A stretch of 64,000 bases of DNA from Dehalococcoidia bacterium (GTDB lineage Bacteria; Chloroflexota; Dehalococcoidia; GIF9; AB-539-J10), in the NCBI GenBank assembly GCA_049586675.1, contig JBAVCL010000010.1, positions 1,074-65,073 on the forward strand, given 5' to 3'. The notes beneath the pieces were generated by a model. The model was not told the origin of the DNA and made no database searches. It saw nothing but the letters and a program-made list of their open reading frames with translations. Positions 1 through 10,967 of this stretch are shown here, piece after piece. Positions within the stretch are counted from its first letter, which is position 1. Each line of letters starts with the position of its first letter. Position numbers and translations under genes: made by a program.

Positions 1-136
<136 letters not shown>

Positions 137-142
137 AAAGTC

Positions 143-2245
143 GTGGTAAAAGCAGTACTTGAGGTAAAGGATAAGCTCATGTCGCGGACATTCCCTTTGG
201 AAAAAATACGGAATATAGGGATCATCGCTCATATAGATGCTGGCAAGACCACGGCTACAGAGATGATACTCCACCATACAGGACGTACCTACAAGATTGG
301 CAGTGTGGATGAGGGGACTGCGGTAATGGATTGGATGGAGCAAGAGAAAGAGCGAGGCATTACTATTACTTCAGCAGCTACCACATGTCACTGGCGGGAA
401 CATTGTATAAACATCATTGATACTCCTGGGCATGTGGATTTCACTGCTGAGGTAGAGCGTAGCCTCCGTGTATTAGATGGTGGTGTCGTGATTTTCGATG
501 GTGTAGCTGGAGTGGAAGCTCAATCGGAGGCTGTGTGGCGCCAGGCAGATAAATACCATGTGGCGAGGATTTGCTTTGTTAACAAAATGGACAGGATTGG
601 CGCTGATTTTGAGCACACGTTGACCATGATTAGTGAAAGGTTGCGGTGCAAGGCGTTACCTATACAGTTCCCCTTGGGAAGTGAAAAGGACTTTCGAGGC
701 ATCATCGACCTTGTAGAAAATAAAGTCATCGCTTTCCCTGATGAGTCTAATTCAGCTTCAGTTAATGAAGGCGAGGCTTTGCTGGATAAGCATCGTCAAG
801 CATTAATTGGAAACTTAGCGGAACTCGATGAGCAGATTATGCTGGCCTACCTTGATGGGCAAGATATCTCTACCTCTCAAATTAAGACAGCCATAAGAAG
901 GCTGACCATTTCTAACTGTATGGTACCGGTCCTTTGTGGCAGTGCCTTGAGAGATAGAGGTATCCAGTTATTGCTTGATGCTATTGTAGATTACCTTCCC
1001 TCGCCGCTAGATATTCCTCCCATCTCGGCTACACATCCTGAAACTGGAGAGAAAGTCCTTCGTCTGGCGAGCGATGATGACCCTTTTTCTGCGTTGGCGT
1101 TTAAAACGGTTTTTGACCCGTTTATGGGCCGACTGGTCTACTTGCGTGTATATTCAGGCAGCGTAAAGGCCGGGGCCCAAGTCTTGAACTCTACTATAGA
1201 TAAGAAAGAGAGATTAGGGAAACTATATGTTATGCATGCCGATCACCGTGAGGAGATAGACCATGCCGAGACTGGGAGCATTGTAGCTACTGTGGGGCTT
1301 AAGATGACATCCACAGGTGACACCCTTTGCGAGTCCAGACGGCCAGTGCTTTTTGAGGCTATACGATTTGCTGAGCCGGTGCTTTCCATGGCTGTTGAAC
1401 CCAAAAGTAAAGCCGACCAAGACAAATTAGATGATTCCTTGGCTAAACTTGCTATGGAGGATCCCACCTTCAAGGTTTACCATGACAAAGAAACAGGCCA
1501 AACTTTAGTTTCGGGGATGGGTGAACTTCATCTCGAAGTGTTAATGGAACGTATATTTCGCGAATATGGTATAAGGGTCAATGCTGGTAGGCCTCAAGTC
1601 GCTTATAAGGAAACAATCGCCATTCCTGTGGAATCTGAAGGGAGATTTATTCGTCAATCTGGTGGTAGGGGGCAATACGGGCACGTTTGGCTTAGAATCG
1701 AGCCAGGTGAGCGTGGCAGCGGCTTTGAGTTTCGTGACCAGATTCGAAGTGGGGCCATACCTAAAGGATTTACTCCCTCAGTAGAAGCTGGTGTCAAGTC
1801 GGCTTTACAAAGTGGAGGATTAGCTGGTTACCCTGTAATAGATGTAAAGGTGACTTTGTATGACGGGAGTTTTCACGAGGTCGATTCTTCGGATGTGGCT
1901 TTCAGGATGGCAGCCTTCATGGCTATGAGGGATGGGATAGATAAAGCTAAACCTGTTATTCTCGAGCCAATTATGGAAGTGGAAATAACAACTCCCAATC
2001 AGTCCCTAGGAGACATCATTGGCGATCTAAACTCTCGAAGAGCTCATATCGAAGGTATTGAGAGTCGTGATGAGGTCTCTGCTATCCGTTGTCTTGTTCC
2101 TCTCGCGGAAACATTTGGTTTCGCTGGAGATTTGAGGTCGCTCAGTCAAGGGAGGGCGAGTTATACTATGTGCTTTCATCGCTATAAAGAATTGCCTCAG
2201 GATTTGGCTGAGCAAATTGCAGCTAGAGTGGGAAGGATCAGATGA
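143..2245 (+). CDS. fusA: Elongation factor G
   Basis: 700 aa ORF with GTPase P-loop [17 protein letters not shown] and EF-G domains; position after rpsG. Confidence 0.95.
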   Translation: MVKAVLEVKDKLMSRTFPLEKIRNIGIIAHIDAGKTTATEMILHHTGRTYKIGSVDEGTAVMDWMEQEKERGITITSAATTCHWREHCINIIDTPGHVDFTAEVERSLRVLDGGVVIFDGVAGVEAQSEAVWRQADKYHVARICFVNKMDRIGADFEHTLTMISERLRCKALPIQFPLGSEKDFRGIIDLVENKVIAFPDESNSASVNEGEALLDKHRQALIGNLAELDEQIMLAYLDGQDISTSQIKTAIRRLTISNCMVPVLCGSALRDRGIQLLLDAIVDYLPSPLDIPPISATHPETGEKVLRLASDDDPFSALAFKTVFDPFMGRLVYLRVYSGSVKAGAQVLNSTIDKKERLGKLYVMHADHREEIDHAETGSIVATVGLKMTSTGDTLCESRRPVLFEAIRFAEPVLSMAVEPKSKADQDKLDDSLAKLAMEDPTFKVYHDKETGQTLVSGMGELHLEVLMERIFREYGIRVNAGRPQVAYKETIAIPVESEGRFIRQSGGRGQYGHVWLRIEPGERGSGFEFRDQIRSGAIPKGFTPSVEAGVKSALQSGGLAGYPVIDVKVTLYDGSFHEVDSSDVAFRMAAFMAMRDGIDKAKPVILEPIMEVEITTPNQSLGDIIGDLNSRRAHIEGIESRDEVSAIRCLVPLAETFGFAGDLRSLSQGRASYTMCFHRYKELPQDLAEQIAARVGRIR

Positions 2246-2550
2246 CTGAGCAAAAAGTTCGTATCAAAATCAAAAGCTTCGATCATAGGTTGGCTGATCA
2301 AGCTGTAAAGAAAATAGTAGAAGCAGTGGAGCGTACCGGGGCTATCGTGGTTGGCCCGGTACCTTTACCCACACATATCGAAAAGTTTTGTGTTATTCGT
2401 TCCCCTAACATTGATAAAGATTCTAGGGAGCAGTTTGAGATCAGAACTCATAAGAGGTTAATCGATGTTTTGCAGCCAAGTTCCAAGACTGTAGATGCCT
2501 TAAGCCAGCTCGACTTGGCATCTGGAGTGGAGATAGATATTAAGTTATAG
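2242..2550 (+). CDS. rpsJ: 30S ribosomal protein S10
   Basis: 102 aa, [15 protein letters not shown]... S10 signature; overlaps fusA stop (ATGA). Confidence 0.95.
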   Translation: MTEQKVRIKIKSFDHRLADQAVKKIVEAVERTGAIVVGPVPLPTHIEKFCVIRSPNIDKDSREQFEIRTHKRLIDVLQPSSKTVDALSQLDLASGVEIDIKL

Positions 2551-2558
2551 TTAAGGCC

Positions 2559-3185
2559 ATGTTTCCAGGCATTATTGGTAAGAAAATAGGTATGACGCAA
2601 CTGTTTCAGGAAAGCGGAGAGACGGTGGCGGTAACCGCTATTCAAGCTGGGCCTTCTGTGGTAACTCAGATAAAGAGCCGAGACAGGGATGGTTATGATG
2701 CTATCCAAGTGGGCTTTATTGAGAACAAAGTGAAGCAGTCTCAGCTTAGCTCTCCAGAGAAGGGACATCTTCGAGGCTTAGAGAATGTTCACTATCTTCG
2801 CGAATTCAGGACTGATGATATTAGCTCGGTTAATCATGGTGACAAAGTGGATGTTGGCTTCTTAAAGCATGGTGACTTGGTAAATATCACTGGCTTTTCT
2901 AAGGGCAGGGGTTTTGCTGGTGTGGTGAAGCGGCATCATTTTGCCGGTGGGCCGAAGACCCATGGCCAAACTGATCGCCATCGCGCCCCTGGTTCAATTG
3001 GGGCTACCACTTTTCCTGGTCGGGTGCTTAAAGGGAAACGCATGGCGGGACATATGGGAAATAGGAGAGTAACAGCGCGTAATCTCGAGGTAATTCAAGC
3101 TGACCCAGAGCGAAATTTGCTTTTGGTGAAGGGTGCAGTACCTGGAGCCAATGGGGGACTTTTAGTAATTGAGAAAGTAAGGTAA
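2559..3185 (+). CDS. rplC: 50S ribosomal protein L3
   Basis: 208 aa, GKKIGMTQ...FAGHMGN motif typical of L3; S10 operon order. Confidence 0.93.
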   Translation: MFPGIIGKKIGMTQLFQESGETVAVTAIQAGPSVVTQIKSRDRDGYDAIQVGFIENKVKQSQLSSPEKGHLRGLENVHYLREFRTDDISSVNHGDKVDVGFLKHGDLVNITGFSKGRGFAGVVKRHHFAGGPKTHGQTDRHRAPGSIGATTFPGRVLKGKRMAGHMGNRRVTARNLEVIQADPERNLLLVKGAVPGANGGLLVIEKVR

Positions 3186-3191
3186 CAGGAA

Positions 3192-3815
3192 GTGCAAGTG
3201 CCAGTTTATAGTTTAAACGGTGAAGTTGTTGAGCAAATAGAGCTGAACCAGGCTATTTTTGATCTTCCGTTTAATGAGGCCGTAGTGCACCAGGCGATGG
3301 TAAGACAATTAGCCAATGGACGTCAAGGTACTGCGTCTACCAAGACTAGGGGGGAAGTTAGTGGGAGCACAAGAAAGCTTTATCCCCAAAAGCATACTGG
3401 CAGGGCGCGAAGGGGGGATATAAAATCACCCCTGCTCAGGGGAGGTGGGATAGTTTTTGGCCCCAAGCCACGCACCTATCGCCAAGCGATGCCCAAAAAA
3501 ATGAGGAAGTTGGCTTTGAAATGCCTACTCTCCGCTAAAGTTAGAGAGGGAAATATAAAACTGGTACAGGAACTTAACTTTGAGAATCCCAAGACAAAAG
3601 ATATGATTAATGTTCTATCCTCGCTTGGCGTTGATTCTTCTGCTTTAATTCTTACTGCTCAATCCACACCCATTGTGGTTAAATCAGCGGCTAATTTGCC
3701 TGAGGTCAAAGTCCTACCTGCGGCGCTAATTAATGTATTGGATTTGCTTTCTTATAAAATGCTGGTAGCCACTGTGCCGGCAATACGTAACATTGAGCAA
3801 ATTTGGGGTAAATAA
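3192..3815 (+). CDS. rplD: 50S ribosomal protein L4
   Basis: 207 aa, operon position and L4-like sequence. Confidence 0.9.
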   Translation: MQVPVYSLNGEVVEQIELNQAIFDLPFNEAVVHQAMVRQLANGRQGTASTKTRGEVSGSTRKLYPQKHTGRARRGDIKSPLLRGGGIVFGPKPRTYRQAMPKKMRKLALKCLLSAKVREGNIKLVQELNFENPKTKDMINVLSSLGVDSSALILTAQSTPIVVKSAANLPEVKVLPAALINVLDLLSYKMLVATVPAIRNIEQIWGK

Positions 3816-3816
3816 A

Positions 3817-4101
3817 TTGCATCTTTACGAAGTTCTGCGGCGTCCTTTAATTACAGAGAAGGCTACTTCGCTTAAGGAGAAAGATAAATATGCCTTTGAG
3901 GTAGCGAGAAAGGCTACCGAGTCTCAGATTAAGGAGGCAGTGGAACAAGCTTTCAAGGTAAAGGTAAGAAAAGTCAATGTGATGATGGTGCCCGGGAAGA
4001 CAAGAAGGTTTGGCAGGAGACAAGTAACTAACTCGCCCTGGAAAAAGGCAATAGTTACCTTGGCACCGGGACACAAAATTACTTTCTTTGAGGGTGTCTA
4101 A
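3817..4101 (+). CDS. rplW: 50S ribosomal protein L23 (start set at TTG 3817 after rplD stop; ORF track gives 3793)
   Basis: HLYEVLRRPLITEKA... L23 N-terminus; GGGGT RBS-like 8 nt upstream of TTG. Confidence 0.85.
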   Translation: MHLYEVLRRPLITEKATSLKEKDKYAFEVARKATESQIKEAVEQAFKVKVRKVNVMMVPGKTRRFGRRQVTNSPWKKAIVTLAPGHKITFFEGV

Positions 4102-4196
4102 TGGGTTCAGTTACCAAGTGGAGAAGAAAGAAGATGTCCAAGCACCAGCATAAGAAGCTTCTTAAGAAGACTCGCTGGCAAAGGACGCATAAATAA
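4101..4196 (+). CDS. 31-aa highly basic peptide, bS22-like candidate small ribosomal protein
   Basis: ATG overlaps rplW stop (TAATG); translation MGSVTKWRRKKMSKHQHKKLLKKTRWQRTHK* resembles actinobacterial bS22 ([21 protein letters not shown]...) as recalled from memory; it sits immediately before the AAGGAG RBS of rplB. Confidence 0.5.
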   Translation: MGSVTKWRRKKMSKHQHKKLLKKTRWQRTHK

Positions 4197-4206
4197 GGAG
4201 TGATTT

Positions 4207-5046
4207 GTGGGATTAAAGACCTATGAGCCAACTTCTCCAGGCAGGAGATTTATGTCTGGCGCTACTTTTGAAGAGCTAACCAGGGTAGCTCCTGAGAAAT
4301 CATTACTAGCGCCGCTGAAAAAGAAGGCAGGGCGTAATAGCCGGGGGGTTATAACTGTGCGTCACCGCGGTGGTGGCAGTAAGCGCAAACTTCGCCTTAT
4401 CGATTTTAAGAGGGATAAAATTACCGTTCCAGGAAAAGTAGCTTCCATTGAATATGACCCTAATAGGGCAGCTCGCATTGCTCTAATTCATTATGCTGAT
4501 GGAGAAAAGCGCTATATACTCGCCCCTTTGGACATCAAGTTGGGTGATACTGTACAGGCGGGCGAGGATGTTGATATAAAACCTGGGAATGCTCTGCCAT
4601 TGGAGTCCATTCCTGTGGGAACTTTAGTGCATAATGTTGAGTTTGAGCCAGGCAAAGGGGGAAAGCTTGTTCATAGCGCAGGAAGTTCTGCCCAAATTAT
4701 AAGCACGGAGGGCCAATATGTTGTACTTAAACTCCCTTCGGGTGAACTGCGTAAATTTCATCAAAAGTGCTGGGCTACTATTGGTCAGATAGGCAATGTT
4801 GACCACGGAAATATAAAATTAGGCAAAGCTGGGAGTAGGAGATGGTCAGGTTGGCGGCCTACGGTCAGAGGTTCTGCTATGACTCCTCGAGACCACCCAC
4901 ATGGGGGTGGTGAGGGCAGAGCTCCCCGAGGAATGAATCCGAAAACCCCCTGGGGGAAGCCAGCTTTGGGGGCTAAGACACGTCGCCGTAAAACGTCGGA
5001 TAAAATGATCCTTAAACGGAGGAAGCAGAATGTCACGGTCGCTTAA
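4207..5046 (+). CDS. rplB: 50S ribosomal protein L2
   Basis: 279 aa, [11 protein letters not shown]... and C-terminal GGGEGR motifs of L2; GTG start after AAGGAG. Confidence 0.95.
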   Translation: MGLKTYEPTSPGRRFMSGATFEELTRVAPEKSLLAPLKKKAGRNSRGVITVRHRGGGSKRKLRLIDFKRDKITVPGKVASIEYDPNRAARIALIHYADGEKRYILAPLDIKLGDTVQAGEDVDIKPGNALPLESIPVGTLVHNVEFEPGKGGKLVHSAGSSAQIISTEGQYVVLKLPSGELRKFHQKCWATIGQIGNVDHGNIKLGKAGSRRWSGWRPTVRGSAMTPRDHPHGGGEGRAPRGMNPKTPWGKPALGAKTRRRKTSDKMILKRRKQNVTVA

Positions 5047-5320
5047 GAAAGGACCCTTTTGCGATGCTAAATTGCTTAAGAGAATAGAAGCCCTCAATAA
5101 TTCGGGCGAAAAAACAGTGATAAAGACATGGTCTCGCTCCTCTACTGTTTTGCCTCAGATGATAGGTCACACTATTGCAGTGCATAATGGTAGGAGGCAT
5201 GTGCCCATTTTCATCACTGAAAATATGGTGGGGCATAAACTGGCAGAATTCGCGTCTACCAGGACATTCAGGGGCCACATTACCAAAGCTAAAATAACTG
5301 AACAGGCGAGGAAAGAATAA
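5030..5320 (+). CDS. rpsS: 30S ribosomal protein S19
   Basis: 96 aa, SRSLKKGPF...GHKLGEF-like S19 signature. Confidence 0.95.
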   Translation: MSRSLKKGPFCDAKLLKRIEALNNSGEKTVIKTWSRSSTVLPQMIGHTIAVHNGRRHVPIFITENMVGHKLAEFASTRTFRGHITKAKITEQARKE

Positions 5321-5326
5321 AACGCG

Positions 5327-5665
5327 ATGAAGGTAAAAGCTGTAGCTAAGGATGTTGGCATTTCGCCTCAGAAGATGCGTTTAGTGATAGATATGGTTAG
5401 AGGCAGGAAAGTGGACGAGGCTTTGACTATTCTTAGCTTTCTGCCCACTCCAACAGCCAAAGCCGTGGCTAAAGTAATTAAATCGGCGGCAGCCAATGCC
5501 GAGAGCAATTTTCAAATGTCGCCTGCGGAGCTTAGGATCACTGATATATTTGCTGATCAAGGGCATACCTTGAAGAGATTCCGCCCTCAGTCGAGAGGGA
5601 GGATTAGTCCTATCTTAAAACGGTCTAGCAATATTACAGTTTTCGTTACTGAGGAGGAGGAATAG
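5327..5665 (+). CDS. rplV: 50S ribosomal protein L22
   Basis: 112 aa, operon position, L22-like. Confidence 0.9.
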   Translation: MKVKAVAKDVGISPQKMRLVIDMVRGRKVDEALTILSFLPTPTAKAVAKVIKSAAANAESNFQMSPAELRITDIFADQGHTLKRFRPQSRGRISPILKRSSNITVFVTEEEE

Positions 5666-5667
5666 TT

Positions 5668-6348
5668 TTGGGACAGAAAGTTCATCCTTATGGTTTCAGG
5701 CTAGGTATCAACCAAGATTGGCGAGCTAAGTGGTATGCTGAAAAGAACTATGCGCGGTTTTTGTTAGACGATGTAAGGCTACGGAAGGTCGTGGAGCAAA
5801 AATGTTCTGGAGGAGCTGTTGCTCGGCTGGAAATTGAACGTCCGGGAGACGAGGTACATTTAACCGTTTACTCGGCTCGTCCTGGCATCTTGATTGGTCG
5901 AGGGGGACAAAATGTGGAAGCACTGAAGTCGGACTTGGAGAAGGTTAGTGGGGATAAAATTAGATTGACTATTAGAGAGATTGAACACCCTGAGCTCGAA
6001 GCTTCTTTGGTAGCTCGGGTCGTAGCTGAGCGGCTTGAAGAGAGGATCCCTTTCCGGCGAGCCATGAGGCAAGCAGCCTTCCGAACTTTGCAAGCTGGTG
6101 CTAAGGGAATAAAGATAATGTGCGGTGGAAGACTTGGTGGGAATGAAATTGCTAGAAGTGAAACCCTCCGTCAAGGTCAAATGCCGTTGCATAAGTTACG
6201 TGCCAATATTGATTACGGTCTTGTTGAAGCTCATACTGTAATGGGGCGTATTGGGGTTAAAGTGTGGATTTATAAGGGCGATATTATCCCTGAAATGAAG
6301 GAGAAAAGTGTTACAGCCGAAACGAGTGAAGTACCGCAAGGTACATAA
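5668..6348 (+). CDS. rpsC: 30S ribosomal protein S3
   Basis: 226 aa, [13 protein letters not shown]... KH-domain S3 N-terminus. Confidence 0.95.
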   Translation: MGQKVHPYGFRLGINQDWRAKWYAEKNYARFLLDDVRLRKVVEQKCSGGAVARLEIERPGDEVHLTVYSARPGILIGRGGQNVEALKSDLEKVSGDKIRLTIREIEHPELEASLVARVVAERLEERIPFRRAMRQAAFRTLQAGAKGIKIMCGGRLGGNEIARSETLRQGQMPLHKLRANIDYGLVEAHTVMGRIGVKVWIYKGDIIPEMKEKSVTAETSEVPQGT

Positions 6349-6733
6349 AGGAAGGCGAAAAGGCAGTGCCCAGAGCGGGAACACCATTGTTTTTGGTGAC
6401 TTTGGCATGAGGGCTGATGAATCTGCGTGGGTAACAGCGCGACAAATTGAGGCAACCCGTCGCGTATTTGTCCGCCACTTGCATCGTGGTGGTAAACTAT
6501 GGATACGGGTTTTCCCTGACAAAGCTGTGACAAAAAAACCTGCGGAGACAAGGATGGGTGGTGGTAAAGGTGCTCCGGATCACTGGGTAGCCGTAGTTAA
6601 GAGCGGCAAGATCCTGTTCGAATTGGCTGATGTAAATGAGAGTGTGGCTTCGGAGGCAGCTCGTCTTGCTTCCTACAAGCTCCCTATAGCTACTAGTTTT
6701 GTCAGGAGGGAGAGACAGAAAGTTGAAGGCTAG
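6308..6733 (+). CDS. rplP: 50S ribosomal protein L16
   Basis: 141 aa, [16 protein letters not shown]... L16 N-terminus. Confidence 0.93.
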   Translation: MLQPKRVKYRKVHKGRRKGSAQSGNTIVFGDFGMRADESAWVTARQIEATRRVFVRHLHRGGKLWIRVFPDKAVTKKPAETRMGGGKGAPDHWVAVVKSGKILFELADVNESVASEAARLASYKLPIATSFVRRERQKVEG

Positions 6734-6920
6734 CGAAATTCGCACTCTCAACAATGAAGAGCTATTAACGAAGCTCAAAGAAGCTCATGAGGAACTTTTT
6801 AACCTACGTTTTCGCTTGGCCACTAAGCAGTTGGGGAATCATCGGGAGATTCCTGAGGTGAAGAGGAAGATTGCTAGAATAGAGACTATTTTAAGGGAAA
6901 GAGAGCTTGGCATAAGATGA
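6699..6920 (+). CDS. rpmC: 50S ribosomal protein L29
   Basis: 73 aa, [26 protein letters not shown]... L29 signature. Confidence 0.9.
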   Translation: MSGGRDRKLKASEIRTLNNEELLTKLKEAHEELFNLRFRLATKQLGNHREIPEVKRKIARIETILRERELGIR

Positions 6921-7204
6921 GTTATTTCGGGAAAAGAAAGGTTAGAGAAGGCTCAGTGGTGAGTGACAAAATGGATAAAACCGTGGTGGTAGCTGTGGAA
7001 ACTAGGAAAGTCCAGCCACTCTATAAGAAAGCTATCAGGTTTACCAAAAAATATAAGGCTCATGACGAAAATAATGCCTGTAAAATTGGAGACAAAGTGA
7101 AGATTGTCGAGACTCGCCCTTTGTCCAAGGAGAAGAGATGGCGGGTAACAGAGATAGTGTCTAAGGGGGAAATGGTTAAAACCAGACCAAAGCAAGAGAA
7201 ATGA
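6917..7204 (+). CDS. rpsQ: 30S ribosomal protein S17
   Basis: 95 aa, operon position, [12 protein letters not shown]...S17-like. Confidence 0.9.
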   Translation: MSYFGKRKVREGSVVSDKMDKTVVVAVETRKVQPLYKKAIRFTKKYKAHDENNACKIGDKVKIVETRPLSKEKRWRVTEIVSKGEMVKTRPKQEK

Positions 7205-7566
7205 TTCAGGCTTATACCAGACTCAAGATAGCCGATAATACCGGGGCTAAGCAAATTATGTGCATTAATGTGCCTATTGGGGCAAGGAAATATGCCCGAA
7301 TAGGCGACATCATTGTAGCCACGGTGAAGCGGGCGGTGCCTCACGGAATGGTGAAAAAGGGTGAGGTAGTGCGAGCTGTGGTTGTACGTGTGGCTGAGCC
7401 TTATCGCCGCCCCGATGGTTCCTATATCAGATTTGATGAGAATGCCGCAGTCATTCTTGGTGATAAAAATAATCCTAAGGGCAGTCGCATTTTTGGTCCT
7501 GTAGCCCGAGAACTTAGAGATAAAAACTTCGCCAAAATAATATCCTTGGCCCCTGAGGTCTTGTAA
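7201..7566 (+). CDS. rplN: 50S ribosomal protein L14
   Basis: 121 aa, [17 protein letters not shown]... L14 N-terminus. Confidence 0.95.
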   Translation: MIQAYTRLKIADNTGAKQIMCINVPIGARKYARIGDIIVATVKRAVPHGMVKKGEVVRAVVVRVAEPYRRPDGSYIRFDENAAVILGDKNNPKGSRIFGPVARELRDKNFAKIISLAPEVL

Positions 7567-7567
7567 A

Positions 7568-7879
7568 ATGAAAATCAGAAAAAATGATACAGTTGTCATA
7601 GTTGCTGGTAAGGACAATGGGAAAAGGGGAAAAGTGCGTCATGCTTTGCCTGATAAAGAAAGGGTAATAATAGAGGGAGCCAATATGATTAAGCGTCATT
7701 CTCGTGCTCGCGGGGCTGCCCGACAAGCTGGCATAATTGAACTTGAAGCTCCAATCCATGTATCCAATGTAATGTTGGTATGTGAGAAATGTGGCAAGCC
7801 CACGCGAGTCAGTTTCAGTTTTCTAGCCGATGGCAAAAAAGTGCGAATTTGCAATTCATGTCGAGAGGTGATTGACTAA
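7568..7879 (+). CDS. rplX: 50S ribosomal protein L24 with C-terminal Cys4 zinc-ribbon extension
   Basis: [26 protein letters not shown] motif; C-terminal CEKCGK...CNSC. Confidence 0.92.
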   Translation: MKIRKNDTVVIVAGKDNGKRGKVRHALPDKERVIIEGANMIKRHSRARGAARQAGIIELEAPIHVSNVMLVCEKCGKPTRVSFSFLADGKKVRICNSCREVID

Positions 7880-7884
7880 GGGGT

Positions 7885-8436
7885 TTGATCATGAAGACTC
7901 GCTTGGAAGGAAAATATTTGACTGAAGTGGTTCCCCAGCTTAAATCTAGGCTTGCCTATAATAACATAATGCAACTGCCTAAGTTGGAAAAGATTGTGCT
8001 TAGCATTGGTTTGGGCGAAGCAACACAGGAGCCCAAAGCTCTTGAGGCAGCTGAGAAAACCCTAGCTACAATTTCGGGGCAACATCCGGTGACTACACGG
8101 GCGAAAAAGTCTATCTCCGCTTTTAAGCTGAGAGCTGGTATGCCTATTGGTATGATGGTGACGTTACGAGGTAAACGGATGTACGATTTTTTTGACAAAC
8201 TGGTTAATGTTGTTCTACCGAGGTTTCGAGATTTCCGCGGAGTATCACGGGATTCGTTTGATGGCCGAGGAAATTATAGTCTGGGTATAAAAGAGCAGAT
8301 AGTTTTCCCTGAAATTGATTACGATAAGGTAGATAAAATTCGCGGTTTTGAGGTAACCATTGTTACTACAGCCAAGAACGATGATGAAGCCAGGGATTTG
8401 CTAGAATTAATGGGCATGCCTTTCAGGAGGACTTGA
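7885..8436 (+). CDS. rplE: 50S ribosomal protein L5
   Basis: 183 aa, operon position, L5-like. Confidence 0.93.
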   Translation: MIMKTRLEGKYLTEVVPQLKSRLAYNNIMQLPKLEKIVLSIGLGEATQEPKALEAAEKTLATISGQHPVTTRAKKSISAFKLRAGMPIGMMVTLRGKRMYDFFDKLVNVVLPRFRDFRGVSRDSFDGRGNYSLGIKEQIVFPEIDYDKVDKIRGFEVTIVTTAKNDDEARDLLELMGMPFRRT

Positions 8437-8437
8437 T

Positions 8438-8623
8438 ATGGCGAAGTTATCTAGGATTGTCAAGTCAAAGCGGCCACCAAAGTATGGGGTACAGCAACGT
8501 AATCGTTGTCAATTATGTGGCAGGCCGCGTGCTTATATGCGCAAATTTGGCTTGTGTCGTATTTGTTTTCGAGAGCTTGCTTTAACTGGTGTAATCCCTG
8601 GGGTAAGAAAGTCAAGCTGGTAA
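8438..8623 (+). CDS. rpsN: 30S ribosomal protein S14 type Z (zinc-binding, 61 aa)
   Basis: 61 aa with [23 protein letters not shown] Cys4 motif. Confidence 0.93.
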   Translation: MAKLSRIVKSKRPPKYGVQQRNRCQLCGRPRAYMRKFGLCRICFRELALTGVIPGVRKSSW

Positions 8624-8630
8624 GGTAAAA

Positions 8631-9026
8631 ATGGCAGTTACTGACCCCATCGCTGATATGTTGACCAGGATACGTAATGCTATCATGGCAGAGCATGACT
8701 GTGTGCTTGTGCCTTCCTCTAAAATAAAGCTTTCTATTACTAAAATACTCAAGGAAGAAGGTTTCATTGACAGCTATGAAGTGCTTAAAGGGAAACCACA
8801 GCCAGTGATAAAAATCCACCTCAGGTACACAGATGACCAGCCCGCAATCTTAGGTTTGGAAAGAGTGAGCAAGTCGGGCTTAAGAGTTTATGCGGAAAGG
8901 CGCGAAATCCCCCGCGTCTATGGGGGCTTGGGTATTGCCATTCTATCCACATCAAAGGGCATTATAACTGGCCAAGAGGCATGGCGGCAGCGTCTTGGCG
9001 GCGAGATTTTGTGCTATGTATGGTAA
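8631..9026 (+). CDS. rpsH: 30S ribosomal protein S8
   Basis: 131 aa, [17 protein letters not shown]... S8 N-terminus. Confidence 0.95.
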   Translation: MAVTDPIADMLTRIRNAIMAEHDCVLVPSSKIKLSITKILKEEGFIDSYEVLKGKPQPVIKIHLRYTDDQPAILGLERVSKSGLRVYAERREIPRVYGGLGIAILSTSKGIITGQEAWRQRLGGEILCYVW

Positions 9027-9048
9027 ATTAACTCAGGAGCTGTAAATT

Positions 9049-9597
9049 ATGTCTCGTGTTGGCTTGCGTCCTATCGCTATACCTCAAGGTATCGAGGTGA
9101 AGATCGATGGAAGCGAAGTTGTGGTAAGAGGAAGCAAAGGAGAACTCCGTCGTCGATTTCACCCTGACATTTCTATCGCTTTGAAGGATGGGTGCTTGAT
9201 TGTAACTCGACCGAGTGATAGTAAGATTCATCGTTCGTTGCATGGGCTCACTCGTAGCCTTCTAGCGAACATGGTTATGGGGGTAAGTCAAGGTTTTGAA
9301 AAAGTGTTAGAAATAAATGGCGTAGGCTATAGAGCGCAGAAAACTGGCGACAAGCTGTCGCTCCAGGTAGGGTATACCAATACTGTGGAGTTTTCCCTCC
9401 CTCTCGGTATTAACATCATCGTTGAGGGAACAAACCGCATTCGTGTTATCGGCATTGACAAAGAAGTAGTTGGGGAAACGGCTGCTAAGATTCGGGCAAT
9501 ACGCCCACCTGACCATTATAAAGGAAAAGGCATTAAGTATGCTGAGGAAAAGCTGCGTCTTAAACCTGGCAAATCAGGAAAAGTAGGCAAGAAATAG
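9049..9597 (+). CDS. rplF: 50S ribosomal protein L6
   Basis: 182 aa, [17 protein letters not shown]... L6 N-terminus. Confidence 0.93.
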   Translation: MSRVGLRPIAIPQGIEVKIDGSEVVVRGSKGELRRRFHPDISIALKDGCLIVTRPSDSKIHRSLHGLTRSLLANMVMGVSQGFEKVLEINGVGYRAQKTGDKLSLQVGYTNTVEFSLPLGINIIVEGTNRIRVIGIDKEVVGETAAKIRAIRPPDHYKGKGIKYAEEKLRLKPGKSGKVGKK

Positions 9598-9974
9598 TGG
9601 TTATTACGATGAATGTTCGAGATTCAAAGGCAATGCGGGAAATACGGCACAGGCGAGTGAGGCGGAAGATCGGGAGAACAACATCGCCCCCCCGATTAGC
9701 TGTTTTCCGTAGCTCGAATCATATCTACGCCCAGGTTATTGACGATTCTAAAGGCCAGACTTTAGTCTCAATGAGCACTCTTGACTCTCAGGTGAGAAGC
9801 AAGACCGATGGAATGGGAAAAAGCAAGAAAGCCGAAATAGTGGGAGCTTTGCTTGCGGAGAAAGCATTAAATAAAGGGATCAAACAGGTGGTTTTTGACT
9901 GTGGTGGCTATAAATATCATGGTAGAGTTAAGGCTTTAGCCGAGGCTGCTAGGAAAGCAGGATTGGAATTTTGA
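9597..9974 (+). CDS. rplR: 50S ribosomal protein L18
   Basis: 125 aa, operon position, L18-like. Confidence 0.9.
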   Translation: MVITMNVRDSKAMREIRHRRVRRKIGRTTSPPRLAVFRSSNHIYAQVIDDSKGQTLVSMSTLDSQVRSKTDGMGKSKKAEIVGALLAEKALNKGIKQVVFDCGGYKYHGRVKALAEAARKAGLEF

Positions 9975-9984
9975 GAGGTAGCTT

Positions 9985-10536
9985 ATGAAGGCAGTTACTA
10001 AAGTAAGAGGGAAGAGGGCCAAAATCGATGCCTCAGAACTGAGTCTCGAAGAAAAAATGTTAGGCATCGACCGAGTAACTAAAGTGGTCAAAGGTGGTAA
10101 ACACCTTCGTTTCCGAGCTTTAGTGGTAGTTGGCGATGGTCAAGGGCATGTAGGATTTGGTTTAGCCAAAGCAGCTGGAGTTCCTGACGCAGTTCGCAAA
10201 GCAAGTACTATGGCGAAGAAAGAGCTGATTCAGGTGCCTATCAAGGACGGCACCATCCCTCATGAAATTCTAGCTAAGTTTGGTGCGTCCAAGATCTTAC
10301 TAAAGCCGGCGGCGCCTGGTACGGGCTTAATTGTCGGCAGTACTGCTCGAGCAGTGCTGGAATTGGCAGGCATAAAAGACGTCCTTGGCAAATCGTTAGG
10401 TGGACGAAGCAAAATTAACGTAGCTAGGGCGACAATACTTGCCTTGGCTAACTTGAGAAAGAGTGAGGAAGCAGCGATTCAAACCATTCAAACCAATGTT
10501 GAAGCTCAGGAAGAAAAGGTAGATGAAACAGAATGA
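9985..10536 (+). CDS. rpsE: 30S ribosomal protein S5
   Basis: 183 aa, [22 protein letters not shown]... S5 signature; acidic C-terminal tail. Confidence 0.93.
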   Translation: MKAVTKVRGKRAKIDASELSLEEKMLGIDRVTKVVKGGKHLRFRALVVVGDGQGHVGFGLAKAAGVPDAVRKASTMAKKELIQVPIKDGTIPHEILAKFGASKILLKPAAPGTGLIVGSTARAVLELAGIKDVLGKSLGGRSKINVARATILALANLRKSEEAAIQTIQTNVEAQEEKVDETE

Positions 10537-10966
10537 ATTAAGGCCTCCTGTGGGTGCTAAACACAAGAGGAAGTTCGTAGGTCGAGGGAATGGTAGTGGG
10601 CATGGTACTTATTCGGGGCGAGGTTGCAAAGGTCAAAAGGCTCGCTCTGGCGGTGGTGTACGCCTTGGCTTTGAAGGCGGGCAGTTGCCTTTGATAAAAC
10701 GGCTACCACGAAAAAGGGGATTCACTAACATTTTTAAAACTGAATATAATATTGTCAATGTGGGGAAGCTAGCCATTTTTCCTGCGGGAACTGAAGTAAC
10801 CCTTGAGGAATTGCTTCGGGCGGGGTTGATTAACACCACGGACCTCCCGACCAAAATTCTCGGCGCTGGTGATATCCAGCATCCATTGCTGGTTAGAGCT
10901 AACAAATTCTCTTCATCGGCGGAGAAAAAAATTCTGGCTGCTGGAGGGAAGATAAAGCAGGTTTAG
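10523..10966 (+). CDS. rplO: 50S ribosomal protein L15 (follows rpsE directly; no rpmD/L30 between)
   Basis: 147 aa, [29 protein letters not shown]... L15 signature. Confidence 0.93.
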   Translation: MKQNELRPPVGAKHKRKFVGRGNGSGHGTYSGRGCKGQKARSGGGVRLGFEGGQLPLIKRLPRKRGFTNIFKTEYNIVNVGKLAIFPAGTEVTLEELLRAGLINTTDLPTKILGAGDIQHPLLVRANKFSSSAEKKILAAGGKIKQV

Positions 10967-10967
10967 A

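Noticed and set aside
520-2215. Multiple 60-76 aa ORFs on the minus strand inside fusA (520..729, 1223..1473, 2027..2215), and similar antisense ORFs inside most ribosomal-protein genes
   Set aside because: They are wholly contained in strongly supported conserved genes on the opposite strand and have no RBS or family resemblance.
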